Origin: the human T2T-CHM13v2.0 reference genome, Homo sapiens
Assembly: GCF_009914755.1 (NCBI RefSeq)
Contig: NC_060927.1
Reading direction: 5' to 3' (one strand)
DNA: 64,000 nucleotides
The notes under the pieces are model-generated. The model was not told where the DNA came from, did not search any database, and worked only from the letters and a program-made list of their open reading frames with translations. Position 1 is the first letter of the stretch, and every line of letters starts with the position of its first letter. Shown here one piece after another: positions 51,559-64,000 of this stretch. The position numbers were made by a program, and so were the translations under genes.

Positions 51559-52137
51559 TGTATCAACCAGAGGTCTTACCATTAAAAGTGACAGAAAAAC
51601 CAACTCAAGCAGACTTAAGCAAACAAAAAGGGAATTTATGGGTTCATATAGCTGAAAAGTTTAAAGGTAAGTCCAGCTTCAGGCATGGCTGGATCAAGGA
51701 TAAAACTGTGACATTAGGACTCAATTTTTATCCATCTTCCTGCTCGGCCTTCCACTCCAGAGTCTTCTCTTATGTTGACAGTATGGCTACCAAACTGTCA
51801 ACCTCACGTCTTCCCAAGTTTAATTCCAGCTGGATAGAAATAAAACATTTTCTGGCAGCTCCCTCAAAAGTTTTGAGTTTTGCTCTGATTGAACCCGCTT
51901 AGGATCTATCCCCATCCTTGAACCAATCACTATGGCCAGAGGGATGGGATGCACCGACTGACTTAGGCTCAGGCCCTATATGCCACCCCTGGAGCTGGGC
52001 TTAGGGCCCTACCCAGACAAGAAGGACTGAAAATGTGTGAAGGGTGCATCTACCCTGCCACCAACCAAAATTAGTCCTTATTGCTGGAAGCAGGAGGGAT
52101 GGATGCTGAGAAGACAAACTTCAAATGGGCACTACAC
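51559..52137 (-). mobile_element. MLT1K-like solo LTR
   Basis: 'agtgacagaaaaaccaactcaagcagacttaagc...gcttcaggcatggctggatc...gaaccaatcactatggccagagggatggg'. Confidence 0.75.
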
Positions 52138-52429
52138 AGCCTTTACACACATGCAAACACTGCACCTCCTCCAGGAAGCAGTCCTAGATCCACCAAGCCA
52201 CATCTAAACATCTCTTTTTAGGAATTAACGTATATACACAAATACCTGTAGAGCATAGTGGAAAGTTTTCAGGTGCACAAGAGGAAGTGGTGGGCAGCAA
52301 GAAATATTTAAGATTTGGAGTCTGACAGACTTGAGTTCACTCTTCTGAATGTATGACCATGAACAAGTTAAACCTCTCTCAGTTTCCATTTTCTCATCTA
52401 TACAGATATGAGACTTTTGATAATTCCTA

Positions 52430-52783
<354 letters not shown>

Positions 52784-53499
52784 AAAGAGTAAACTCAAGT
52801 CAGCCATTACCCAGGCTCTTCATGTCTGGATCTTGCCCACCCCCTGCCTCCAGCCCCACACAGCAGGGTCATGTCTCTCCCAGACCTCTCCAGGGACAAC
52901 TGCTCCCTGGCAGCCTGAGGAAGCATCTTGCTGTCTCACCAGTCCATCAGCAAGGAGGCACTTCTTGCAGTCTACCCTGCAGTCTCAGCTGATACAATAG
53001 AAGTCAGCTCCTGTGTTCTCAGCCTGCACATCCCCCACCAAGATGGGAGGCCAGAAACAGAATATTTCTTCTGGCAGCTGCCAGCACTCACATGAACAAG
53101 AAAAACTCTGGGAATAAAACAAAAGTAAATACAAGTATTCAGCTTCATCCCATACAAAAGCCCTACTGACTCGCGATTAAAATGGGAGAAAGGATGTCCA
53201 GGCACCAAGAATGCAACTTTTTTTTTTTCCTTTTAGGAGGCAACCAATCAAACTGAGAAGAGAGCAGCAAAGACCATGCTCCTTGTGGCAGAGATAAACA
53301 ATGGAGATGGGAAGGAGAGACAAAAAAGGTAGGGGGAAATGTTAAGGAAAGCAGGGACCGATTTTGTCAACGACAGGGCTCCTATTTTCTGAGAGGGATA
53401 AGCAGTCTAGGAGACTGCTCAGAAGCGGTCCAGAAGGGAGGCTCAGAGCATCAAGGAAAGAAGACAAACTCTGGAATTCTCCGCATGAGGGCTTAGATG

Positions 53500-53980
53500 T
53501 ACATTCATTCATTCATTCATTCCCTGGTCAACAAATTTGTATTAAGCACATGACACATGCTGAATGTGCCGGGCATGGGTGGACACAAAATGCTCAGGCC
53601 CTGCCCTCACTGAGCTTAATCCAAAGGGATAGACAGGCGGTGGGCAAAGCCCTCAAATAAATACACAGCCACAAACTGTAATAAAGGACACTAACCCAGA
53701 ACACTAAGAAAGAGTATCAGGTGAGCCATTCTCTCTCAGGGTGGTCAGAGAAGGCCCCTCTGATAAGGCAGCTCTTAACCCAAGTCCAGAGAATGAAGAG
53801 GAGGCCCCTGAGTCTGTCAAGGCAGAAAGGACCCATGTTCAAGGATGGAAGAAACCACTGGTACTGGAGCTTTATGTGTGATGAGGGGAAAAGAGCCAGG
53901 TGGGCTGGGAGGAGGAGGGAGGGTCCAGACTACACAGGGACACCTGGGTGCTTATAGAGCTTAGATTTTAGCCAAAGGAC
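53500..53980 (-). mobile_element. L2 3' fragment
   Basis: 'cattcattcattcattcatt...caacaaatttgtattaagcac...gggtggtcagagaaggcccctctga'. Confidence 0.65.
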
Positions 53981-54408
53981 AGAGCCTCTTTTCTAAACCA
54001 CCCCCCACCAGTGGGGTCCTATTCGTGGCACCTGCATTCATTTGAACAAAAGAAATGCAATTTACTTGAGGTCTCATTTGTTTGGGTAACAGACAGTGCT
54101 CATCTTCAGGAGAACAGGGGCCTTTACAGTAACTCCCCCAGCACTCCCAGCCCACAAACCAGGAACTCCTGACTTGGAACATAGTAAGAAACAACCAAGA
54201 GACCTCCAACAATCGTGTGGGGAGGAACGAAGGGACAGAGACAAAACAGTGTCAAAAGCCAGCTTTCATGGAAGCCATTGAACAGCCTTCTCCCACCTCC
54301 AGGTCCTCACCTGGCCTAGGAAGAAGCCCCACCCTCAGGCAGCCTGAAGCTTTGTTACTCACAGTGTGGCCTGGAAGCACCACCAGGAAGCTTGGCAGAA
54401 ATGTGGAC

Positions 54409-54916
54409 TGTAGGAGTTTCTCATTGTTCCTGTCACAAATTACCACCAACTTAGTAGCTCCAAACAACATGAATGTGTTCTTTTAAAGTTCTGTAGTTCA
54501 GAAGTCTGAAATGGGTCTCACTGGGCAAAAATCAAGGTGTCAGCAGGATCTCAAATCTGCAATCCTAGAGGCTCTGGGGGGAGAATCCACCTCCTTGCTC
54601 TCCCCAGCACCTAGAGGCTGCCTGCATCCCTTGGCTCGTGACTTCCTTCCTCCACTTTCAAGGCCAGCAAGAGCAGGTTGAGTCCTTTTCATGCTGACCT
54701 CTCTTCCTGCCTCCCTCTCCTCCACATAAGCACCCAGTGATTCCACCAGGCCCACCTGCATAATCCAGGATAATCTCCCCATCTCAAAGTCAGCCACTCA
54801 GCTACCTTAATTCCATCTGCAAACTTAACGTCCCTTAACCATGTAAACCAACATATTCACAGGTCCTGGGGATTAGGAAGCGAAATCTTTGAGGGGCTGT
54901 TATTCTGCCCACCGCA
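54409..54916 (-). mobile_element. MLT1D-like solo LTR
   Basis: 'acaaattaccaccaacttag...cagaagtctgaaatgggtctcactggg...ataatccaggataatctccccatctcaa...tattctgcccaccgca'. Confidence 0.85.
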
Positions 54917-57759
54917 TAGATGCAAAGGCCCCACCTGCACCGACTGAATCATCTGCCTTGGAATGAGATGCACAGGTGGCTCAGATGCACATTCAAGTTT
55001 GAGAAGCCCTGGCCTCCTTGCCCATCCAGGGCTGACGTCTCCTGGGCTGTACCCAGCACTGCCAGACTGCTGTGTTCAATTAGGCCTCAAGAACCCCTCC
55101 CTGAAGTCTGATTATCTCAGCCGGGTTGCCACAGCTGCAAACATTTCCTCTCTCTCCACATGCACTCCCATCCTTCATGGAGAAGGGGGTCTTTTGTCCG
55201 GAAGCCTGGACTTGGAGGCAGCCTCTTGTAGGGGGTCTGAGGTTTCTGAAATGTTTCCTTGGGGGAGGAAATGGGATTTGCATCTAGATATGGAACTTGA
55301 ACACATCAGGGCAGAAGAGCAGAGTTTGCTCGTCTCCCATGGCAGGTCTGAGGATGGCTGGTTTTGGGGAAAGGTCAGCAAAGCTTGGCAACAACTGATT
55401 CCCTGCAACTCACTGCAATACAGGCTCCCAGATCTGGCAGGGAGGGGCTCTGGATGTTTTACAGATGAGGAAACTGAGGTTCAGAGAGGATGTGACTTGC
55501 TCAAGGTCACACAGGAGTGGAGAAGTTAGGAAAACAGGGAGCTGGGCCAGCGGGGCTATGCCGCACACCCCTGCATCTAGCTGTCATTTGGGGGGGTATT
55601 TCTCAACTGAGGGTCACCCCCCACAGGAAGGAGAGAGCAGGGATTAAGATCGCCAGACCTCTGGCTCCATCTGCTCTGAGGGAAAAATGATCACAGCAAA
55701 TGCCTGGACTCAGCCTGATCCAGCCAGCTCCTCCATTTCCTCCAGACCAGAGCCGCCAGCCAAACTTGGAATTTTCCAAGCAGCCAGTTCAGCCATGGAA
55801 GCCCTCCAGGTGTCACCATCTGGGTCCAGCGACTCCAGGGCCCCAGTGGGAGGAAGAAGCACGTGCACTCACTGGGAACGCTGACCCAGAGCATTTCCTT
55901 CCTGCAGTAGACTCATCCCAGCCCGGCAAGAGTTCAGAACCAGCAGCCAGTTCCTGGCACACTGCCAGAGCCCCAGACAGATGCCAGGAATGACACTTCT
56001 TGGAGGTGCCCACTTCCAGGCAGAGCGCTTCTTTTGCCTGTCCCAGAGCCATCCCTTGCCCCAGCCCCACTGAGGAGCTGACATTTGGAAGCATCCCTCC
56101 ACACCCCAGCAATGCTCAACCTCCCTTTGCTGCTGAAAAACATCTGGCCGGCTTGGCACCTAAGCTGGGTAAAAATAGCATGCCATCTTGTGAGCAGGCA
56201 CCATGCCATTACAGCAGATGGAGACCTGCACTGCCAGCCAAGAGACTGCTGAATGGCAACAGACGCATTTGCAAGGGACAGGATTCACAGCTGGAAGGGT
56301 CAGAGGGCGGAAGTCAGGACCCTAGTGAGAGGGGCAGGAGGTGAAACGAGAGGGCCAGAGATTGGGGCAGGACCCCTCTGCCCTTCACAGGTGGGACCAG
56401 GCAGGGGAAGAGAGAAAATACCCTTGAACGCTAGAAGGCTGCAGAGCACACTAGTGAAGTCCTGGCTTTGAGGCCAGATGAACACACATTTAAATCTTAC
56501 CTCTACCTTTACCAGCTATGTGACCCTGGGCCGGCTGTTTAACCTCTCCGAGTCTTAGTGTAAAATATACTCTGTAGGGTTCTGAGAAAGATAGTCCATC
56601 ATTGTTTCTTTGCATATGCATTTTAGTGAGTGTCTCCCATGTGCCAGGCAGGCCCTGTGTTAGGTGTGGGATGTGGTGGTGAGCATGGGCCACCAACTTT
56701 TCTTCCAGCATGGGAGACAGACGTGAATTAAAAAAATGACACGAATAAAAGTAAAATGTCAACAGAGATAGATAGGTACTTCAAGCAGAAGGTTTGTGGT
56801 GCAATCAGAGCACATAATAAGGGCATGGGGGGAGCAGGGGTGACCAAGTCAAGGAAGATGTTCCCCAAGGAAGGGACAATTAAGATCCAAAGGATGAGTA
56901 GGGAATTATGTAGGGAAAAATGAGAGAAGGTATGTTAAGTCCTTAGCACAGTGCCTGGGATCTGATAAGTGTTGGTAAGTGGAATAGATTATTCATGAAC
57001 ACTTACTGAAAATAAAATCATAACCATAGCAATCTCTTCCACCAAGGGGTTACAGTGCAAGGCTTGGGCCTTTGGTGCCGTGAAGAGTCATGTCACAAGA
57101 GAGTCTGACCCGTGTCAACTGGCAAGGGAGCCAGAGGCGAATGGATGTTAGAAATAAAAACTCATAAAAATATCTCAAGCCTCTGGTGAGGCCCATTTGC
57201 AGGCCTCAGATACTGCAGTTCAAGCAACAAACCTCCTGAGAGGTTTGGACAGGTTGGCCAAGGCCCAGCCAGCTTTGCAGGCATGCTTTCTCCCCCTTTC
57301 TACAGGCAGCCTGCGCAAAAGCCGGGACCTTGCCTGCTCAAGCCTCCATTGCCCTGGCCCGAGCATGGCACAGGCTCCCTTTCTGTCCCCATTGACTGCA
57401 GGCCCTTGGCTGCCGCACACTGAACCTCACCCTTGGGGCAGAGCCAGCTTGTAGGGTGAGCAGGAGGCAGATTTCCCTCTTGGAATACAGACTGCCTTTG
57501 GATGAATATACAGACTCGAAGGGAGAGATGCTGGGAAGCAGGGTGAGGTCCCTTATGAAATGTCGGTCCCCAAACTCTGAGAGATGCCATGCTGTGTGGA
57601 GTCAAAGGTGACCCCTTCCTCACTGGCTGGAATGCCCACCAGCCAACAAGCAAACCATGCAGAAGCCTCCTGCGACCTGAATATCAGGCACATCATGTGC
57701 CTGTGTCCCTCAAAGAGGGATGAGGCAGAGGAAAGTAGCCAAGGGGTTGCTGCATTGAA

Positions 57760-58219
57760 CGCCCCTGGTGCCCTGCCTTCCACCCTCCCCACCCACGCTT
57801 TGCCTCCAGCCGATGCTGCAGCCATCACGTGTGCCCACATCTCTCACTTTTCACACTGGGGATTCCCGGCTGCCATTTCATGCAGGAACGCACTCTGCTA
57901 TTCTGCTGCCTGCCCAAACCCAACACACCAAACCCAACACATCATGGGCAATCTTTGACCCATGGAGGGCAGGAGCCAGTATACAATTACTTCCCTCTCT
58001 GTTCTTCAGCTAGACAATTCTTAGGACTCTTCTACGTGGCTTCTCAGAGGGTCCTGGCAGCCCTGAGCCCCATGGTCCACAGTGATGATCGGCTCAATAA
58101 CATATTCTGCATTGCTTTCTTTCCTGCCCTGTCTCCAGTCTGTGAGGACAACATAAACTACCTGCATGCAAGCCTTTGTTCTGTAGCTCTGCTTTCTTGG
58201 GGTAACCCAAGCCAAGGCA
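57760..58219 (+). mobile_element. LTR16-family LTR
   Basis: 'ggcttctcagagggtcc...ataaactacctgcatgcaagcctttgt...gctctgctttcttggggtaacccaagccaaggca'. Confidence 0.6.
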
Positions 58220-59561
58220 GTGGTCTTCCTGCTGTCTCCCCACCAGCTGTCAGGAGAACTGGGGCTTACAGTGGCATGTGGGGCAGTTCTGTGGTCAAGA
58301 AGCCAGAGAGTTCCTGCCCCCTCCTCTCCTGGCTGGAGACTGAACAGCTGGATGGGATGAACTTCTCTAGTTGTCATGTGGGAAGGGCCCTTAGCCTGAT
58401 GCCTTCCAAATGAATGTACAATAGAACTCTTCTGCCAATAGAATCATATGGATAGAGTGAATATTTGTTATTTGGGACTGTTGATCATTTATTCCTTTTT
58501 CCTAGAGAACCTGGCTTACTTCTTAGAAAAACACCTCATGACTCTTTGTGAGGTCTTGGTTGGAAAGATTTTTGGGTGACCACTGCCCACTTTGGAAGTC
58601 CAAGAGGTCATGGCTTCTCTTCCTGCCCCAGAGGCAGGCTCAGCCCACTGAAAGCCTTCTCCCTAGATTCAGTCTTAACAAGAAAGCCAAGGCTAATGGT
58701 CTGGCTGGAAGGCAGCCTGCATGATGGCAGCATGCCCACCTGCTGGGGTTCCCAATCCAGCTTTTCAGAACTCTCTTGGCATTGTTTCCTCCAACCCCAA
58801 GCCTGGCCCTCCAGCATCTTATTTAATCTTTGAATAACTCTCTCTACCTCTACCGTCCTTTTAATTAGTTTCCTTCTCTGGGTAGGGAAGTCTGTTTCTA
58901 CAGCTAGCAACCAGTAATGCTTACTGATACTCACAGAACCCTAATATTTAAAATGGATAAAAATAGAGATACTCTATTGAAATGGGGAAGAGTGAGCAAG
59001 AGCTCCTCCCTTGAATCATACCCCTAACAATAGCCTCCCTGTTATCTCCAGAGTGCCACCAAGGCCTCAAAGAGCTTAATGTGAAACCCTTGGTCTCATC
59101 CCATCCTCTTTGTAGAGGTGAGGAAAGAGAAGCAAGAGAAGTCTGCTGATTTGCCAAGATCTCAGCACTGCTTACTGATGGTGTTCTATTCCCAGAGCCA
59201 CGGCCTTTCTACCACACCATGGTAGCTGCCTTGCCAGAATATGGGAGACAAGGAGATACCACAGTGAAGCTCAGGGGCCATGCAGAGATCAAGGGAATAA
59301 AGTGGTCTCTCCTTTACTTCTCCCAGGTCACTATAAACAGCAACAGCAGGACAGACAGCCTTGGAGGGCTCCTTCATGGCATCAGACCCATTCCCCATCT
59401 CTGCTCTTCCAGTCCTCTGGCCTATGTAGGCATACTGGTACCATGACCCCCTCAGGTCATAATGACAGATACACATCTCAAAGTACTCTGCCAGCATTTC
59501 CCAAGGCATAGCTCCCAGCATCCTGCACCGACAAGATGCTCTGTAAAAAAAAATGAGTCCC

Positions 59562-59612
59562 ATTGCTTCGCAGCTTTTTGGCTAAGATCAAGTGTGACAT
59601 CTGTTCTTATCA
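59562..59612 (+). pseudogene. U2 snRNA pseudogene fragment (nt 1-51; RNU2-type), 5' part of a U2/L1 chimera
   Basis: attgcttcgcagctttttggctaagatcaagtgtgacatctgttcttatca matches U2 nt 1-51 (ATCGCTTCTCGGCCTTTTGGCTAAGATCAAGTGTAGTATCTGTTCTTATCA) at 44/51 without gaps, starting exactly at nt 1. Confidence 0.93.
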
Positions 59613-60380
59613 ATGAGACCAACAAGCATATGAGAAAAAGCTCAATATCACTGATCATTAGAGAAATGCAAATCAAAACCATAATGAGGTACCACCTCAC
59701 ACCGGTAAGAATGGCTACTTTTAAAAAGTCAAAAATAACAGATTGGTGAGCTTATGGAGAAAAGGGAATGCTTATACACTGTTGGTGGGAGTGTCAATTA
59801 CTTCAACCATTGTAGAAAGTAGTGTGGCAATTCCACAAAGACCTAAAAACAGGACTACCATTCAACCCAGTAATCCCTTTGCTGGATATATACCCAAAGG
59901 AATATAAATCACTCCATCATAAAGATATGTGCACGCATATGTTCATGGCAGTACTATTCCCAATAGAAAAGACATGGAATCAACCTAAATGCCCATCAAT
60001 GACAGATTGGATAAAGAAAATGTGGTATATATACACTATGGAATACAATGCAACCATAAAAAGGAATTAGATCGTGACATGGATGGAGCTGGAGGCCATT
60101 ATCCTTAGCAATACTAACGCAGGAACAGAAAACCAAATACTGCATGTTCTCACTTATAAGTGGGAGCAAAATGATGAGAATCAATGAGCACAAAGAGGGG
60201 AACAACAGACACTGGAGCCTACTTGAGGGTGGAGGGTGGGAGGAAGGGGAGAATCAGAAAAAATAACTATTGGCTTAGTACCTGGGTGATGAAATAATCT
60301 GTACATCAAACCTCTGTGACACGAGTTTACCTATATTACAAACCTGCACATGTATACCTGAGCCTAAGATAAAAGTTTTA
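59613..60380 (+). mobile_element. 5'-truncated L1PA (old, L1PA13-16-like): ORF2 C-terminus + 3' UTR
   Basis: Translates to ORF2 C-terminal motifs ([23 protein letters not shown]; KTWNQPKCPSMTDWIKKMWYIYTMEY) broken by frameshifts; 3' UTR 'gggtgatgaaataatctgtac...acaaacctgcacatgta'. Confidence 0.93.
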
Positions 60381-60631
60381 AAAACAACGAGTCCCTTAAT
60401 AAAATCTCTAATTTTCTAGATCCGAAGATGCACTTTCTTCCTTTTTCACGTATTAATAGTAAATGCAAGGTTGTGTCATGAAGTGAATAAAAACAAGTCC
60501 TCTGAAATCTGACTACCTTGGTTTGATTAACAGCTCTGCCACTTACTAGCCATCTGATCTTGGGCAAGGTACTTAACCATTCTGGTCCTCAACTTTCCAT
60601 CTGTAAACTGGAAATGAAATAAAAGATCCAA

Positions 60632-61075
60632 CTGTGTTAGTTCAAGATGAGATTAGATGTGCAAGAAATTTGTTTGGGGAAACACCTGTGAAAGAGTATG
60701 GGGAGAAGCAGGAGGAGGCTGGAAAAGTTGTGAAACCTCTATGTAGACCTAATTCCTACAAAAAAGGAAAGGGAAGGAAGAAAGATTGGGTAGAAATAGC
60801 CTTATATTGCAGTGCAGTTCTAAGAAACTTTTGGCAAAGTTTTGAGGAATTTTTGAGTCAAAGTCAACCATCAAAGGAGCCCTGCGTCTCCCTGGAAGGG
60901 ACCTACATCAGTATTCCTGATGTGCTCAGTTATTGACTGAGAGCAGCCTGTGAAAGCAAGGCCCCTGCCCAGTGTGGAGGTGGATTTAGAATGCAGCAAC
61001 CAGGGCCCTTGGTCAATTATGCTCTTGCAGTAAGAGATCTGAGAAGTGCATTCTCAGGCCCCTCTTGGCCCCACA
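60632..61075 (-). mobile_element. LTR16B-like LTR inserted in a MIR (MIR ~60480-60625 and ~61076-61170)
   Basis: 'gagattagatgtgcaagaaatttgtttggggaaacacctgtgaaag...gcagtgcagttctaagaaa...gagatctgag'. Confidence 0.65.
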
Positions 61076-61319
61076 TCCACCTCAAAAGACAGGATTAAGT
61101 CAGTCATTTTATATAAAAGCTCTTAAAATAGTGTCTGGCACATGGTAAGTATTCTGCATATGTTGCCTTAAAACAAATAAACAAAGTTATGAAATCAGGT
61201 TGCTTCTTAAAATCAATTTGCACACCTGATGTGATAGTGTTCCTTTTTGGTTTGAACCCTGGAAGGCTATTATTAAAGTGTGGCTGCATCTTACAATCAG
61301 CACGTCTTGGGATTGAGGT

Positions 61320-61480
61320 AATGAATTTGGAAAACTTTGCAAAAGATATTTCTCTCTTGGAGATTTTTATTAGCAGACTAAAGATCCTGAGAAGTCCCCC
61401 AACAGATAGACCTATGGACTTTGCTCAACTCCCTGTTTCCCAAACTTCTTTGGCCATAGACCTCTGGTTTGCATAACACT
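61320..61480 (+). mobile_element. MER103C-like fragment
   Basis: 'ctcttggagatt...attagca...ctgagaagtcc...tttcccaaactt'. Confidence 0.5.
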
Positions 61481-62119
61481 TTCAATAGATTTCTTTTCTT
61501 TTTAGTTAAAGAAGTTGGTTTCTGTTGCTTGCACCCAATTCCCAACTGATAAATACATGCAATCTCAGGATATAAAAGAGGCAAAAGTGGAACCGCTCTG
61601 GTTGATGAGAAGGAGAACAGAACTGGAATTCCATGGAATACATTTTGCCAAATGCCATGCTTTGCAAAGGCTGGTTGCTGCTATTTCAGATGATTCTCAG
61701 GTATTAGGTTCAGAGTAAATGGAGCACAAGGAACAAAGGAAGGATGGGAGATGGGAAAGGAAGAAGAAATGTTTCCTGATCCACCCAGGTCACCCTACCC
61801 AACACTGCAGCTTTTTCCACAAGGTGCCTGGAGTATACAACTGAAAAAGCCCTCACCTAACCCAACCTCCTCACTGAGGTCAGCCTGACCAACCTCATTC
61901 CATAAGCAGAGCACTTTCTCCTTCCAGTCCCCAAAGAGACATGAGCACCATAGAATAAGAAAAGGTAGAAGATAAACATCTCCCCACTGTAACCAGTGGC
62001 TGAGAGCCATGAACAAATACAACAGGAACTTTTCCCTCCATTCCACATTTACCATGTGGATTAATGCCTGCTCCAAGCCAGGCACGGTGCTTAGAGGTCA
62101 GGATTCAGGGATGACAAAT

Positions 62120-62605
62120 GTAGACTTCAGCGTTGGGCCCGACGTCTTTTATGCACCATCTCACACTCTTACAGCCCACTTCTGCCAGAGCTGTGGCAAC
62201 CCAAGAGTGCTTCACTTCATCCACACAAAGTGTTTCTTGCTTTCTTTAGGGCTTCTCTGCTGCAGCGTAGGTGCCCTAGAGACCTGCTTGGCCATTTGCT
62301 GCCCCACCCCAGCAACACTTTGGGTACAAACCGCAGGAGCAAATTTAACCTGTGTAGGGAAAAATATTTCCGTCTTCTATGTCTTGAGTAGAGCATGCTG
62401 AGGTGCATTCTCCACTGCTCCTCAGAGGGACCCATGCCCACATTGGTGTCGGATTCATTAATGCACCTAAATTGGACTGCAATCCCTGTTGCCCTCTCCC
62501 CTAGCCCCCAACACCTTTTCCCAAAAATCACTTCTTCAAAAGAAATTATCTGCATGCAAGCCCTTGTCTTATCCTCTGCTTTTCAAGGGAACATAAGGTA
62601 GGACT
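62120..62605 (+). mobile_element. LTR16-family LTR
   Basis: 'ctgaggtgcattctccactgctcctcagaggg...tgcatgcaagcccttgtcttatcctctgcttttcaagggaac'. Confidence 0.55.
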
Positions 62606-63192
62606 TTAAAAAAAAAAAACAAAAAAACACTTGTTTTGCATTTGTAGCAATTATAATGTCACATACTTCTATTAATGCAATAACTGGAAATGAAACATGA
62701 GTCTAAGGTCATTTTCATGTTAGAGAAGAGAAAAACTGGAGCACAGAGAGATCACTTGCCTTGCTAAATGTCACACAGCTAGGATAAAGCAAGAACCAGG
62801 GCTCCCACATCTCCTCCAGAGCTGCTGTTACTAGATGAGTCAATTCAGGGACTGGGAGTCTCAACACACCCTCACAGGTGAACGTTTGGAGTTCCTTTGG
62901 CTGGGTTTTGAAGGATGCTTATTAATTAGCTAGATGAAGAATGGAAAAAAGAGAGGGTTGGAATAGGAATTCTGCCTGAGGGAACAGCAGAAGCAGAGGT
63001 GCCAGGTGAAAATGATTCAACAGGGTTTATTCTGGAAACTAGTGAGCAGGGGCTTGAAGCACCGTAGGGCCAAGAAGATATACAGGGCATGGTAAGAAAT
63101 AAAGCAAAACAACATACAGGGCCACGTGGACTAAGCAGTTTGTTGACTTGTGGACACTAGGAATCATGGGGTGAAAAGGTGGGAAGAATGGG

Positions 63193-63553
63193 TGTATTAG
63201 TCTGTTCTCACATTGCTAATGATGATACCAGAGACTGGGTAATTTATAAAAGAAAGAGATTTAATTGACTCACAGTTCCATATGGCTGGGGAGGCTTCAC
63301 AGTCATGGCAGAAGGCAAACAAGGAGCAAAGTCATGTCTTACAAGGCGGCGGGTAGGAGAGTTTGTGTAGGGAAACTCCCCCTTATAAAGCCATCAGATC
63401 TCATGTGACTTATTCACTAACATAAGAACAGCACGGGAAAGACCCCCGCTGTGATTCAATTACCTCTCACCAGGTCCCTCCCATGACACATGGGGATTGT
63501 GGGAGCTACAATTCAAGATGAGATTTGGGTGGGAACACAGCCAAACCATATCA
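63193..63553 (-). mobile_element. THE1 (B/C-like) solo LTR
   Basis: 'tgtattagtctgttctcacattgctaat...aagccatcagatctcatgtgacttattcac...gccaaaccatatca'; TSD atggg/gtggg. Confidence 0.92.
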
Positions 63554-64000
63554 GTGGGTAAGGCACACAGGGATAACTTCAGATTTGTGGATTCTGCCCT
63601 CAGTCAACTGGCCCATACACAGAGCCTCACCATCACACAACCAAGGTCAAACTGTTTCACCAAGGGCTAAGGACTCCATTCCTGAGCTCAGTCCCCTATT
63701 TCTAGCACTCTTGATTACCTTTTTTTATTTTTTAAGAAAAAAAAGATAGTTCTTGTTCTCTTGGGAAGAGATGCATCTTGAATCTCTAACAAATAACTAT
63801 TTAAGACCAGTGAGGGTCTAGAAAGGAAAGTGATGCCCATAGATGGACTCAGAACCAGCAGTCTACCAACAAGCCTCCTCCCCAGCAGTCTCTTCAAGCT
63901 GTGGCCATTTCTGTGAAGGAGGCTGAAGAGTAGCTCTTCACTCCGCAGAATTAATTACTGAGGACCACAGGCCTTGTCTACACTTGGCATAAAGAACAGT

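Noticed and set aside
54963-58413. Longer overlapping ORFs (188 aa, 194 aa and others) in the GC-richer block
   Set aside because: They overlap MER5, MIR and LTR16 remnants, occur on both strands and show no recognisable domain. Higher GC lowers the stop-codon frequency.
59462-59749. 95-aa ORF reading from flank through the U2 fragment in frame into L1 ORF2 sequence
   Set aside because: It is short, ends at a frameshift in a decayed L1 and has no promoter or splicing evidence. An in-frame fusion is expected by chance one time in three.
59822-60070. ORF with clear L1 ORF2 C-terminal similarity
   Set aside because: Fragment of a 5'-truncated dead L1, not a gene.
61170-61480. AT-rich enhancer-like stretch with a FOX-like motif
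   Set aside because: The right half is explained by a MER103C-like remnant, and the remainder is too short to support a call.

Overview
Primate, human-like non-coding genomic DNA (intergenic or intronic). I found no protein-coding exon, CpG island, tRNA, rRNA or CRISPR array. The ORFs in the track look spurious or repeat-derived, and the only protein similarity I recognise is dead L1 ORF2 fragments. Much of the window is a layered fossil record of transposable elements: Alu J/S/Y, MIR, L2, old L1M, many MaLR/ERVL/ERV1 solo LTRs and hAT/Tigger MITEs, often nested and with readable target-site duplications (TSDs). The main finding is a chimeric retro-element at 59562-60380. The first 51 nt of U2 snRNA are fused directly to a 5'-truncated L1PA 3' end, and one 15-bp TSD encloses both parts, which indicates a single integration event. 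Other notable structures are a 42-bp-arm inverted repeat (23419-23548), a 90-bp tandem duplication carrying AP-1 and TEAD sites, a 53-bp locally templated copy of an LTR segment, a ~650-bp CA/CCCTAA hybrid repeat, and several repeat-free motif-dense islands that may be enhancers. Repeat family names come from my recall of consensus sequences. Subfamily calls, and boundaries not anchored by a TSD, are approximate.
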